This document shows, in pieces, positions 11,616-23,088 of a stretch of 64,000 nt of DNA; the first letter of the stretch is position 1, and every line of letters starts with the position of its first letter. The position numbers and the translations under genes were made by a program. The notes beneath the pieces were generated by a model. It saw only the letters and a program-made list of their open reading frames with translations. It did not search any database and was not told the origin of the DNA. This DNA is from Antedon mediterranea. Its lineage: Eukaryota > Animalia > Echinodermata. Location of the stretch: NCBI RefSeq assembly GCF_964355755.1, contig NC_092678.1:19361365-19425364 (forward strand), given 5' to 3'.

Positions 11616-12986
11616 TCACCTTAGCGTCTGGCTCCAGTTGACCGGGTTGAACCGCAGTAATTCCTGCTCTTTCCGATGCCGACACTTGAAGTCTATTCGC
11701 CTTTGCTCCTCTCGAGATTCAATCAGCTGTGAAGAGGTTTAAAGTTTGTGATCAAATTAGTAAATTAGTTATCAGGTTGCAAGTATCTATTAGTTAATCA
11801 CCTTACATAGTAGGTTAGGAAAATATTGGATGATAGAGGGAAATGAAGAATGCTAGGCCGGAGTTTTGGTGGAAGGGGATTCTATAGAAAAGCAGGGACG
11901 GTGGTTTCAACACAATCATATAAGCAACAAAAACTACACAGCCTCTCCAGCTTTAAATTTGGTTCCCACTCAACACAACGACGTAGTTTAATGCAAGTGA
12001 GTTGACCAATCACAAGGAACATTGCATCCTAGTGGGAACCTAACTTTAGTAACTTGTCTGAGTGCTCTTGATGGATCATTCTTTCAAAACAGTAACTTAC
12101 CCTTTTATTTTCATCTCGAAACTGCATGAGGAAGGAGATTCTTTTCTTGTACGCTTCTTTGTCTTCGTCAAGACATTTTCTATCAAAATTTACAGCATCT
12201 TCACTTTCTCTAACTTTGTCTTTCAACTGTTGTTGCTCAATCTCGTCTTTTCCAGATATTTGCCCTTTTAAAACTTCTCTAATATTTTTCCTATACAAAA
12301 TTAGAAAGAAGAACCTAGTAATAGATGAAGGAACGAGAATGAATGAGGTAGGAGAGAGTCGGACCCAAAGAAGGTGGGAGAGAGTCGGACCCAAAGAAGG
12401 TGGGAGAGAGTCGGACCCAAAGAAGGTGGGAGAGAGTCGGACCCAAAGAAGGTGGGAGAGAGGCGGACCTAAGTAGGTGAGAGAGAGGAGGGCTGATATG
12501 GGGGTCATTAGCCCTGATATAAATTTGTAAAATCTGCTTTTGACATTCTAAGGGGGGGGGGGGGGAGGGGGGGGGAGCATCTTAATTTGCATAAAATGTT
12601 ATATACTTTGGTACTAACCTGTAATTTTCTTGTTCAACTTTATTACCATAAAATGGTTTAGCCCATCCCGTATGAAAACGGTCATACTCGGCACGTTTCA
12701 TGATGTTGGTACGACTGTGGTTCGCGTAATGGGCGTCTGTTGTTTCCAAATCGACGGTACGCTTTATGCATGGCGGACGAAGTGGGTTAATCCTCGGAAG
12801 TGTGCCTCCTTTAGGCAGAGATTGTGTATTATCATGTGCGAGCATGGAACTTGTACCGCCCCATGACTTTGATAAAGGGTGCGTTCTTTGGACACATGTG
12901 TGAGAGCGTCTAAAGTATGTGTGCTCCTGCGGCATACAGATGTTGAAAGGCGTCTCCTTTGTGGACAATCTGGGCAAAGTGGTCAT
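11616..12986 (-). CDS. Uncharacterised 222-aa protein with C-terminal charged coiled-coil and NPVNWSQTLR terminus
   Basis: Coding exons 12619-12986, 12101-12290 and 11616-11726 splice in frame (GT-AG) to TGA. An acceptor at 12995 and a donor at 13809 suggest an upstream 5'UTR exon. Confidence 0.8.
11959..12045. mobile_element. Short palindromic MITE (TTGGTTCCCACT...AGTGGGAACC family), deleted copy
   Basis: Inverted termini and ttgaccaatcacaag core shared with the copies at ~18412 and ~26197. Confidence 0.55.
12347..12470. repeat. 26-bp intronic minisatellite (ggacccaaagaaggtgggagagagtc), ~4.5 copies
   Basis: Near-perfect tandem copies at 26-bp period. Confidence 0.9.
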
Positions 12987-13098
12987 CTTGTATGCTGTAA
13001 ACAAATAATTATAATACATTTTATATAATATATATATATATATTTAATTGTAATTTGCCTTTGGATTTATATATATGTTATTGTATACATTCAATATA

Positions 13099-13217
13099 AT
13101 AAATATAATGTAGGTATTTCATTATTATTAATAATGAAATACCTACATTATATTTATAAAATAAAATAAATAAATTATAGTAGTATTAATTTAATACTAC
13201 TATAATTTATTTATTTT
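13099..13217. repeat. Two adjacent perfect AT-rich palindromes
   Basis: 28-bp arms (13099-13126 / 13130-13157) and 27-bp arms (13163-13189 / 13191-13217). Confidence 0.85.
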
Positions 13218-14132
13218 TCATCTTACTGTATGATATACTATAATTAAAAAAATGAATGAATAGGCATATTCTGTTGGTCGTGGATGGTTGAATACGATAT
13301 ACATACTCCCTCTGATTGGAGTGAATCTTACAAGTAGTAGCCAACATGGTGTATTCATAGTTTTTCCAATTTTAAAAATAATTTTTACATTATAGAGTTT
13401 AAATTTATTTAATACAAATGGAAGATATCATTAATAATATATCAAAGAAAAAAATTCTCTCAATAATTTAATAAGCTGAAAAGTGGGATTTAGTTTCCAT
13501 TCACTCACTGCAGTGGCAATATTTCACTCCAGGGGGTAAACTCATTCTATGACAAGAAGGCATGGACAGAATACATTCCTATCTTCTTTTTTTAAATATT
13601 TTATTATAATATATTGTTTATACATTTTTTTTTATTTAAAGTTTGAAAATATCCTTATAATATGTTGAATAGGCCTAATTCGTATACTAATCAAATATAA
13701 ACAATATATTGTTTAATAAATTTAATAAAAAACGATATATTTTTATAAATTAATTTATTATTATTACAGTAAATTAGAAATTAAAATAACGTGTTATAAT
13801 GAAACCTACCTTTTGTAGTACTTTCAAATAAATATTTACGATGAAGAACCATAAAACGTTCCTGTCAGACACAGTGACATCAATAAGACGTTTGAAGACG
13901 AGGTGTGGCCAAAATCAAATCTTGAAATGATAAATTCTTCCCTCTTCTCCCTCCAAGTTTCCTGCCGCGATATGATATGTAAAAAAAGAGTACCCCAAAA
14001 GCCAGAACGGCCTATTCCCCCCAATAAGAGCAGCTACTAATATTTCTGTTTGGTCTGATCTGTTTGATGTAAGTTTGTACTTATCAACTTGTTGTTTAAT
14101 GTTGATAAAACAAATCACGAAGCGCGTGTACG

Positions 14133-14184
14133 GTAACCCGAGACAACTTGTTGTACCCTGCGTGTGACGGTAACTAATGACAAC
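14133..14184. promoter_or_regulatory. Two RFX X-box-like motifs upstream of the 222-aa gene
   Basis: GTAACCCGAGACAAC (14133-14147) and GTAACTAATGACAAC (14170-14184) resemble GTNRCC-N0-3-RGYAAC. They lie in a CpG-richer patch upstream of the putative 5'UTR exon. Confidence 0.35.
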
Positions 14185-15855
14185 GTAGTCTCTTTGTCCA
14201 GGCACCGCCAACGCGAAGTTGAATATAAGGCCCTCAACGCTCGATAATGTACCGAACTTTCTTGTTAGACGTCGTGCGCCTTGTGTGTTACTTTAACCAT
14301 GGAGATTAGACTGTATATTTTGCTGTTTATTGGGCATTTTCTAAAAGTAGCTATAATAATAGTATCCCGTGCCATTTCGGATTATCCTGTCTGTTGTTTT
14401 TTTTTATTAAAGGTCCAATATTTTTTTTAAATAACTGATTACGTTATGCGGACTAAGGCCTACTTGTGGTATTATACAATAGTGTGAATTCCCTTCCCCA
14501 TTCACTCCCCTCTAAAAGTTAATATTAAACCATTTTCTGCCCTTCCGGATAATATCAAAATTGCACTAAAGTGTAAACAATTTTATAATTATTTTTATAG
14601 TAGGCCTATGTAGGGTATATTTACATTGTAATGTCTGTTTATGCGGATATTTGCCTTCATGCCAATCTGTTTATTCAATCTTTTATCATGGTCATAAAAA
14701 TTACTGTAGACGTATATCATTTTATAATAAACAAAGTGTTCCCTTTGCAGTGCGGCTCACAGCTACAGTGACAGAATGCCGCTACCGTAAGTGTAAAACC
14801 AGCTTGACAACCGGCCTAAGATAAGACACGTGCATTGCATGTTCAAATAAAACTTACCTACTAAATATCGAGTTAAAAGTTCAAGTTGTAAGAGAGCTTA
14901 CGAAGAAATAAAATAATTTCTCGTTTTTCTCGATAAAATGTCTATTCATGCTTACACTCGTTGGAGATTGTACAAAATAAAGCATGTCCATTGTCTTTGA
15001 TACAGCCTACCTACGCCCAGTGTGCCTCAAATTCCCATCTGTTCATGCATATTTATTATGAACTATTGTCTTCCCAATCGATCTTACAAAAGTTCTACTC
15101 GGATATTCTCCATAAAACAAATAGCTACACGACATCATTTAAATAGGAATTCGTGATATAAATTTAAAACCATTAAACCATTTGAAATGTTTAAATTATC
15201 TGATTGATACACAAAATAAAACACTGTACAGTATATGATTTATTATAATAGATTACTAAATTCTTCCATTCTTGATATTTAAAATGTATGTATTTCCGAA
15301 ATTCTTCGTTGTCCCTAAAAATACTTCCACTCTTAAAATGTTTGTATGACCTGAGACAGATACGGCCTACAGAATCAAAATTGACAGACATGGGCAGAGT
15401 GTGAGAATCAGTGTTATAATTATTCAAAACGAACAGAAAGTTTCTTCATCAACGTTTAAAATGTTCTTTTTAAATAATGTGTGTGTGTTAATGATGTTCC
15501 GTAATACAAACATACAGAGGCATTTGAAGTTGTCCATGCATTATATTGTGAGTAATATTTTTAAAATTAAGCAATTTTTACAAGCTTCCATGGCAAACAA
15601 AAATTGTCCATTCAGAGGCATTTGAAGTGATCTACATAAATAGTTCTCAACTACTAGCTCATTTAACACTAAATCGGTCTTCGAGTTTTCCTGCGCAATC
15701 AACAGACCATGATGTCATGTCACATGGTCTTCTGAAGTGATCCAATCATAATGCGTGATTATTAAATTTAAAATGAACCGGAGCTGTACTCATCAAACAG
15801 TTAGGCCTATTTCGAGTCTCTCGGTAGCAGTGTTATTAGGCCTAACAGCAGACGA

Positions 15856-18800
15856 TCATGTCGGGTCCGAGGCATCCTGAAGCGACCCATAAGAATTATT
15901 ATTTCGCGTTGAATACTTAACACTTATGTATGAGTCTTTACGAGATTTCACTGCTCTAAAGTTGCGTCGATTCCAACCATAGATAACGCAATTCAGGAAA
16001 CCCTGAAGAGTTGCTGTAAGGCACTAGAAATAAATAGAAAAGTAAAATGTGAACAAAAGTTGTCTCAGTATAAAGATACGTTCACACGGAGACCATGTCT
16101 GCTCCAGTCAGAATGTTTGTAGTAGCAGCGCTCCAAACTTACGTGCGATATTTCTTTTCGTACGAACCCCTCATGTAACGTCACAAATAAACATGAATAT
16201 TCATTAGTCATATCCATAAGTGATGTAAGGATTGATCAACTACAATTCGCTAATGCAAACGCTTAGTGTAAACGTAACTTAAAACATCAGATTGTAATTG
16301 TAAATAATTATAAATCAGTGTTGTTACAGCTTGAAACTTCATACTCTTTAACGAACTTGTGTTTTCGTTTTCGACAAATAGCAAATTAATGATGATGTTT
16401 TTAAATTACTGTTTCAAATTTATGCGGAGTAGCGCCTAGCTAGCAGATAAGGCATAGCTACTATGTTCTTACTATTCACAAAGGAATATAGGCCTAATAT
16501 TATTACCTGAACAATTACGAGCCAATATATATTTTGAACTTCAACATGATCGCTCAATGATATCACACCAAGAACTAACGCTGTAATGTAACGTAACATA
16601 GAACAAAAATAGTAGTTTTAGTAAAGTAGTAAAGCCAATTGCCATACATGTTTGTAGGCCTAGTATTTGAACTAACATGTTTTACACGAGTTCAAGTTTG
16701 GTTGTCCATATCACTTTTTCGACCCTTATATTCCAACAATAAACTACGGCCTGGACTAACAAGTTGCGGGTCAAAATAACACCGAGGAATTATGTTCCTT
16801 GGACAAAACCGTATATTAGACCTCCTATCGGATTTGCTAAATAATACCACTTAAGAATTAATAACAGACATCGATATTACATGGTGCCGTTATTTAGGCT
16901 ATATATGACGTCATGATGTCTAACACTTTCCTCCTATTCATCGGTGTAGAATGCCGCTTTGTGCAAGAATAATTCCTGAAGCAAATACAACCTACAACTT
17001 ACCTGGTATCCAACAGAATGTAAAAACTGCAGAATACATCAGTCCTTTGTTGCGTACATCTGTTACAGCCTCGTGCTGCTTCGTTGAAAATACTCCGCCA
17101 CTTTTTTGGACTTTCCGAAATAATTTAAACGTCAATATATAAATAACCTAGTCAAAAAACAAAAATAGGCTGCAATAGGATAGTGAATGAATTCGCTTAT
17201 GGTTATCCTTGGCAATTTGCCTAAATATATAATAATAATAATAAAAGAAACTATTTAGAATTAAGTAATTTTGAATATCTCCGATCCGAGGGACAAATCG
17301 ACTCTGTTAATCATGAAATAAAATGGCAACCATTTTTTTTAAATAGATAAAAAGTATACACTTAAAAGAAACTGACCAATATTGCAACCATTGCTAAGAT
17401 CAATGGTACTATGAACAGAACTTTTGCAACGATTCGACCCTCATCTCCAAGACGACTGGAATTCTGTAAAGATAAATAAGGTAGTGATATGCCCAAATAT
17501 GGGCCATCATGTCCATATATGGGCACATCAAATTTGTTGTCACATAAAGTTTGATAGTGTATACAGAGAAGAAGAATTTTAAATTATAGCACATTTTACA
17601 ACCTAAATTTGAATATTTTATAAATGTACTTACTAAGCACAGGTCGTTCTGTTGGTGAAACATCAGTAAACATCTAATGACAATCATAAAAATTAATATT
17701 TATTTATTTTGTAATGGTCTTTTTTGAAACACAGGTTGGTGAAAACTTAGAATAAATTAATACCTGAACAGGGGCTGGTAATTATAAATGGTGTTGCATA
17801 TGTCTAGTAAGAATTGTTTAAATGCATAATTGGTTTAAACGATTCTCATATTATGGAATGTACTTTGACACATATTGTAAGATTTTAGGATGCCAATTCG
17901 TAAAACTATTCATTTTTTTTTATTTTGTTTTAGAAAATGACATACAGATGTGTGCAGCTTTCAAAATAAAATGGCAAATATATTTTGCCTTTTTATTTGA
18001 AATGTATATGATTTGATCAGTTTAGAGCCTTTATTGTAGACCAACTTTTAATCTAAAAATTATCAAATTCTTACTCATAATTTGCGCAAGGATCATCAAT
18101 AGAGTCTCCACTTCCTTCATCTTGCACCGTAATCATGAGTGCAACAGAGCCGGCTACGGGCACCACCCAAGACAAAACATAACATAAATATTTCAGGTTG
18201 AATCTATGGTACCATGTCGTCTAAAAAACAAAAATCTATTTTGTAAATCAAATATACTTATATATATATATATATACAGTATATATACTTATATAAAGTA
18301 CAAAACGACAAAAGCATTCTTTCTTTGAGCATAATGTTTATTTTCTCGAATGCCTAAATTAAGCAACACCATATTGGTCTAGTGTGCATTCTGGTATTTT
18401 CTAAGTAACTATGTTTGGTTATACATAACGCATTGACGTACGTGCAACGCAATCTATTTGACCAATTAAAAGCGATGGATTATTCGAACTGTCTAGCTTG
18501 TCATTGGTCAACTCGCTAGCGTTGCGTCCTAGGGTGAGCCGAACCAAGCTTAATAGCCAAGGGTTACAATAATGATGGTGCAATAGTAAACAAAACGAAA
18601 CTTACCGACAGAGATGAAATGGAATATCTTTTTGATTGGAGCCGACTTTTAACACGGAGATACACCTCATATGCATAAAGAGCAGACAGAGAAAAAGAAC
18701 TCATGTAGAACCCCTACACAACAAAATAAATGTTATGTTGAATTCAATTCATTCTTTCATTTTCTTTCTTTTTTTTCTTTATTTCTTCATTTCTTTTTAC

Positions 18801-20592
18801 TTTCTATTTTTAATTTCTCTCTTTTTGTATATTTTTTTTTCTTTCTTTCTTTTTCTTTCTTTTTTCCTTTCTTTATTTCATGCTGTCTTTCTTTTTCTTT
18901 TATCTTTCTTTCGTTATTCTTTCTTTTTTTCCTTAATTTTTCTTTCTTTCTTCTTTTGTATTTTTCTTTCTTTTATCTTCTTTTTTTATTTTCTTTCGTT
19001 TATAGATTTTGTGTTGATGAAATATAAGTATAATATTACGTAATGTGGGCCAACATTTATATTTTTAAAAAGCACTGATTATAGAAAATGTACTTAAGTA
19101 TGCAATTTAAAGAAATAATTCTCAATTACTAATAGTTTGACTGGTAGAGATTGAGCTACATCGGACTATCCATTTTTACAGTAGTTATCTTAAAAACAAT
19201 TTAGAAATAATGGGGTCAACATTACTGAAGTAAAATCATATTTTTACCGCAGCAAAGCCGGTTGTTATTGCACACGATTCAGAAACTGTACCACCTGTAG
19301 TATGTTTGGTATACGTCACAGCACTGGAAAATATAAATAAGGAAGCCAAGAGGTCTGCCAGACAAAGGTTGAACAGTGGATATACCTTAAGAAAAAAACA
19401 ACATAAATTATTATGTTGTATTAGACATCCTTTATGCAAGGCAATCTAACAACGAGATGCTAAGCTAACGGAGAACAAAGGGTCTATCTCTGTCTCTGGA
19501 TTCGACACGATCAGTTCTTAACATTTTTAGTGATTTTCGATTCGATCAATTGACTTCCTCAAATGTTTGGTTAAAAGAAACCGCGCCGCGTGGAGAATAA
19601 TATGTACATTACTACAGTACAGTTTGTATTTGTCGCAGCCAGACAATAAGATCAAAGGAATATTTCGCGTTCTTATCTTGGAGAGGCGAGCTCAGCGTTG
19701 AATTGCCTTGCTTTATGTAATAACGTAAGGTGTTGCGCAAGATATGTATGGCCTACTATGTGAAGTTAAATCATGAAGATGAAAACAAACAAACTACAAA
19801 TAAACGGTAATTACTCACATCTTGTGATCGAACTTTCCTTTTTCCTAACACAACAAGGATGACGGAACCAGCACCGAAAATACTGAAGATAAAAGTTGTA
19901 AAATAGTTTATAAATGCCTAACTAAACGATCGTGCAATTACAATTGCTCTTTTGCAAGAGTTTGGGAGTATTTAGAGCAAATTATTTCTTTTTCCTTTTT
20001 AGGTTGGAGATACAGATTTGTTCTTTTTGTTTTCTTTTTTCAGACTATAGTAGGAATAGCACTAAATTGTGCTTCCTTTTAAAGTTTCTTTTTAAAATGT
20101 TCAATTTCCATGTTTTAAATGTTGGTGTAGGCCCTATATACGAGTTTTATATTTTGTACACTTTATTTTGGAAGTAGGTCTAACTTACTACACGAATTAT
20201 CAGAGAAAAAGGAGCGAAATACGTTTTGTACATACCTGAGAAGACTGGTACAAATCTGTATGTAGCTGATTACTTCCAGCTAAAATAAACAATATAATAA
20301 GTTTAGTCAAGTCAAGACAAAAAAAAAGTTTAGTCAATCAAAAATACCAATCATATTCTTGTTTGGTAGTGTGAAAATAAACGCCAAACATTTTTATAGG
20401 CCTATGTACATTTAAAAAAGAATACAGCAGTACTCTACACTAAGATTATTTTTGTTTTGTTGTATAGTAACAAAGGATACAGTTTATAGTGCAAAATCAT
20501 TACAATTTTGAGATATATACTACACTAACCTGATTCGTATAAAATATATTTGGATTTTCTGTTGAAGCTTCCGATTCAAGATACATTCCCAT
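15856..20592 (-). CDS. TMEM116: TMEM116-like seven-transmembrane protein (cAMP-receptor-like/GPR143/GPR157 group), 358 aa, 11 exons
   Basis: Exons 20530-20592, 20236-20279, 19819-19882, 19248-19385, 18606-18713, 18075-18220, 17634-17673, 17377-17463, 17003-17147, 16507-16580 and 15856-16023 are all GT-AG and in frame (1077 nt). Motifs VYPLFNLCLADLL, FYMSSF, FTFCWIPA and LTATLQGFLNCVIYGW match the TMEM116 pattern as recalled. Confidence 0.8.
18412..18551. mobile_element. Palindromic MITE (TTGGTT...AACCAAGCT family)
   Basis: Internal inverted ttgaccaat/attggtcaa. Homologous to 26197-26355. Confidence 0.55.
18750..19000. repeat. T/C-rich low-complexity tract (intronic)
   Basis: (TTTC)-like polypyrimidine run that produces spurious Phe/Leu/Ser ORFs. 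Confidence 0.85.
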
Positions 20593-22235
20593 CTTGAGGT
20601 CCAGTACAATTTAGCAGGTTTTCATCGTATGAAGTTACTTATACTGAGATTTCACGCTTTCCTGGTTATATAAAGGTCCATAGTTGTGATTATCTAATGT
20701 GCTTCGTTATATAACAACAGCGAACTCCTATCCTATATAAAATATTCCAAACTAGATAAGTACTATCTATACCTTTCTTACAATAAAATAACTCCAAGCA
20801 ATGAAATACTTTATAAGAAATTCACAAAAATAGTTATTGTATTCCTCACTCATTACATCAGCAGCACTAACCAAAAAGGTATCAGTTATATAAACACAGC
20901 TCTGGTAGGAATCTGTCCGGTTATATAGACACATACGCATACCTGTCCAGGTTCCAACACTTATGTAAATAGCTCGTGACGATTATATAGTGGAGTCGAT
21001 GAAAGTCCACCTGTACTATGTATTCGAAACAATGACTAGATAAGGAAGTAATCTAGATCTGGAAGTAAATTAGGTTTCAGATTCGATTGTTTACATTAAA
21101 TTCCAATGAATATTAGTATTAAATTTGGATGGGGTTTGGAAGATCGTCTTTAATACCACTGGCCATTACGACTCGCATACAGTTCATAACGCAGATTAGA
21201 TGGAATAACGAACGTTATACACGTCTTTGAATATATTACAGTAGTTTGTTTCGGGTGGGAATTAGTCCCAGGCAGCCGTTACGCCTCTTCGCATCTAGAT
21301 TTCATAATGCAAGAAGTAGAGGCCAGTTGAGATGGATTGGTTAACGAACGCTACTTCTTCGACTTTAGTATTTCCGAGTGCTCACATAGAGCTCATAATG
21401 CTAGACATACTAGTGGTATTTTGAGATTAAGAAACGATACTTCCTGATGCATCAGTGATTTCGATTCTGACCAATGAACAGATGCGATAAAGGATGACGA
21501 AACTTCCGATTTAAACGCTAAGAATTAGACAATTAATCGTTGTCTGAACACCAGGATTACCATACACCTTGCGTTAGATAAGCAAATCTAACGCCGTTCG
21601 TCTGAACTAGCTAAAAATATTGCAACAAATAAATAATCAAATAACTGCTAGTTTAGTAATGTTTCTTTATAAAACAAACATAGAATCTCTCTTCAAATGT
21701 AAATACAAAAATTACTTTAAATAAAAGCAGTTTTAGAAATTCAGTCACCAAAATCCTCAAAATATTTACAAAATGATGAGCATGCAATAGAACCATTAAA
21801 TAGAACTTTTACCGACACATGAAACACAATTAGCCAAACAGATAGGAAAGTGTGGTATAAATAGATTATCTATCTTTCATACGATGTCTGTAAAGATCCA
21901 TTTACACTAAGACGATAACGATCGACGATAAATTGATAAAATACTACTCTGTTGTGTTCCGTACCGCAATAGCCGGATCTACAAATACCACACAGGGCCG
22001 CCAAATAAAAGTCAAAATGTATCCATTGTATTCTAATAAGTTACCCACTTACAACAAGGTCATAGGTTAATCAGTCTAGTTGCATAAAAGCTGTCTGGTT
22101 TTGTGAAATACAGTAACAATCAATATGAATATATATCTGTAACAAATATATGTCTAGCATTCTAGAATTTAATTCCATATTGAACATGAAGTTTATCTCA
22201 AATTAACGCAAAAATATTATTTGTCTGCACACATA

Positions 22236-22697
22236 CCGTAAATCTTCTAATTGTAACCCTGGGTTATTAATCTGTGATTGTTACTATTAGAAGGGGGGTT
22301 ACTATTACTAATCTTAAATTAGGCACCTGGAAATAGTAACCCATTCCCAACTTTTCCGGTCAGCAACTCATAGCAAAATAATAAAATAGTACGAAAACAA
22401 ATTTGTTTTATAAACTCAAAGACTCAAGCCTCCGCACTCACAGAATCAACAAGCATTAACTCCCGATTCTCAAAATACGGCAGTCATAAATGACCAGTCT
22501 TCATAATGTCATTTTGTCAATAGTTTTTGTGACTCTAATAGTACTGGTATTTTACTGTTACTATTATAGTAGTGGGTTATTATTATAGATTGACTTATAA
22601 AGTGGGTTACTATTAGAAGGGGGGTTACTATAGTGTGTGGGTTACTATTAGAAGGGGGGTTACTATAGTGTGTGGGTTACTATTAGAAGATTTACAG
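22236..22697. mobile_element. Tc1/mariner-type non-autonomous DNA transposon
   Basis: TIRs ccgtaaatcttctaat / attagaagatttacag, TA on both flanks, subterminal gggttactattagaagg repeats. Confidence 0.7.
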
Positions 22698-22741
22698 TAC
22701 TTCGAATTCAGTTTCAATATCATTTGAACATACTGTGTGAG

Positions 22742-22810
22742 AACCGCAGTGGTCAAGTGGTAGGCAGTCTGCATATGAAGCAGAAGAGTCCAGGTTCAAT
22801 CCTGGTTAAG
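22742..22810 (+). mobile_element. tRNA-derived SINE head or tRNA pseudogene
   Basis: A box TGGTCAAGTGG and B box GGTTCAATCC; no intact acceptor stem seen. Confidence 0.5.
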
Positions 22811-22913
22811 ACAATAACAATATTTCTTTTTGCTACAATTTACAAATTGATCATTATAGCATATTTTTAATAATTATAATTTGTCTTTACAAAAATGAGA
22901 GGCTAGAGAGTTA

Positions 22914-23049
22914 AGCTCTGTCTACACTATCAAACTAGTTTGACAAAAAAGTGTGATGTGCCCAAATATGGTAGTAATATGATATCATCATATCCTTATG
23001 GACACACCACATTTTTAGTCACATCAAATTTGATAGTGTAGACAGAGCT
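22914..23049. mobile_element. PIF/Harbinger-like MITE (TIR AGCTCTGTCTACACTATCAAA, TTA TSD)
   Basis: ~21-bp TIRs with TTA on both flanks, 40 bp downstream of the TUBGCP6 stop. Other copies at 27831-27961 and 32532-32701; partial copies at ~32050-32190 and ~17485-17568. Confidence 0.8.
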
Positions 23050-23088
23050 TTATTGTAGAGATTTCTTTAGTTTCATCAAGCGCCAGAT

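Noticed and set aside
12126-12508. Repeat-containing ORFs on both strands
   Set aside because: Read-through of a 26-bp intronic minisatellite; only 12101-12290 on the minus strand is a supported exon.
18636-19043. Phe-rich membrane protein ORFs
   Set aside because: These are translations of a T/C low-complexity intron tract, antisense to TMEM116.
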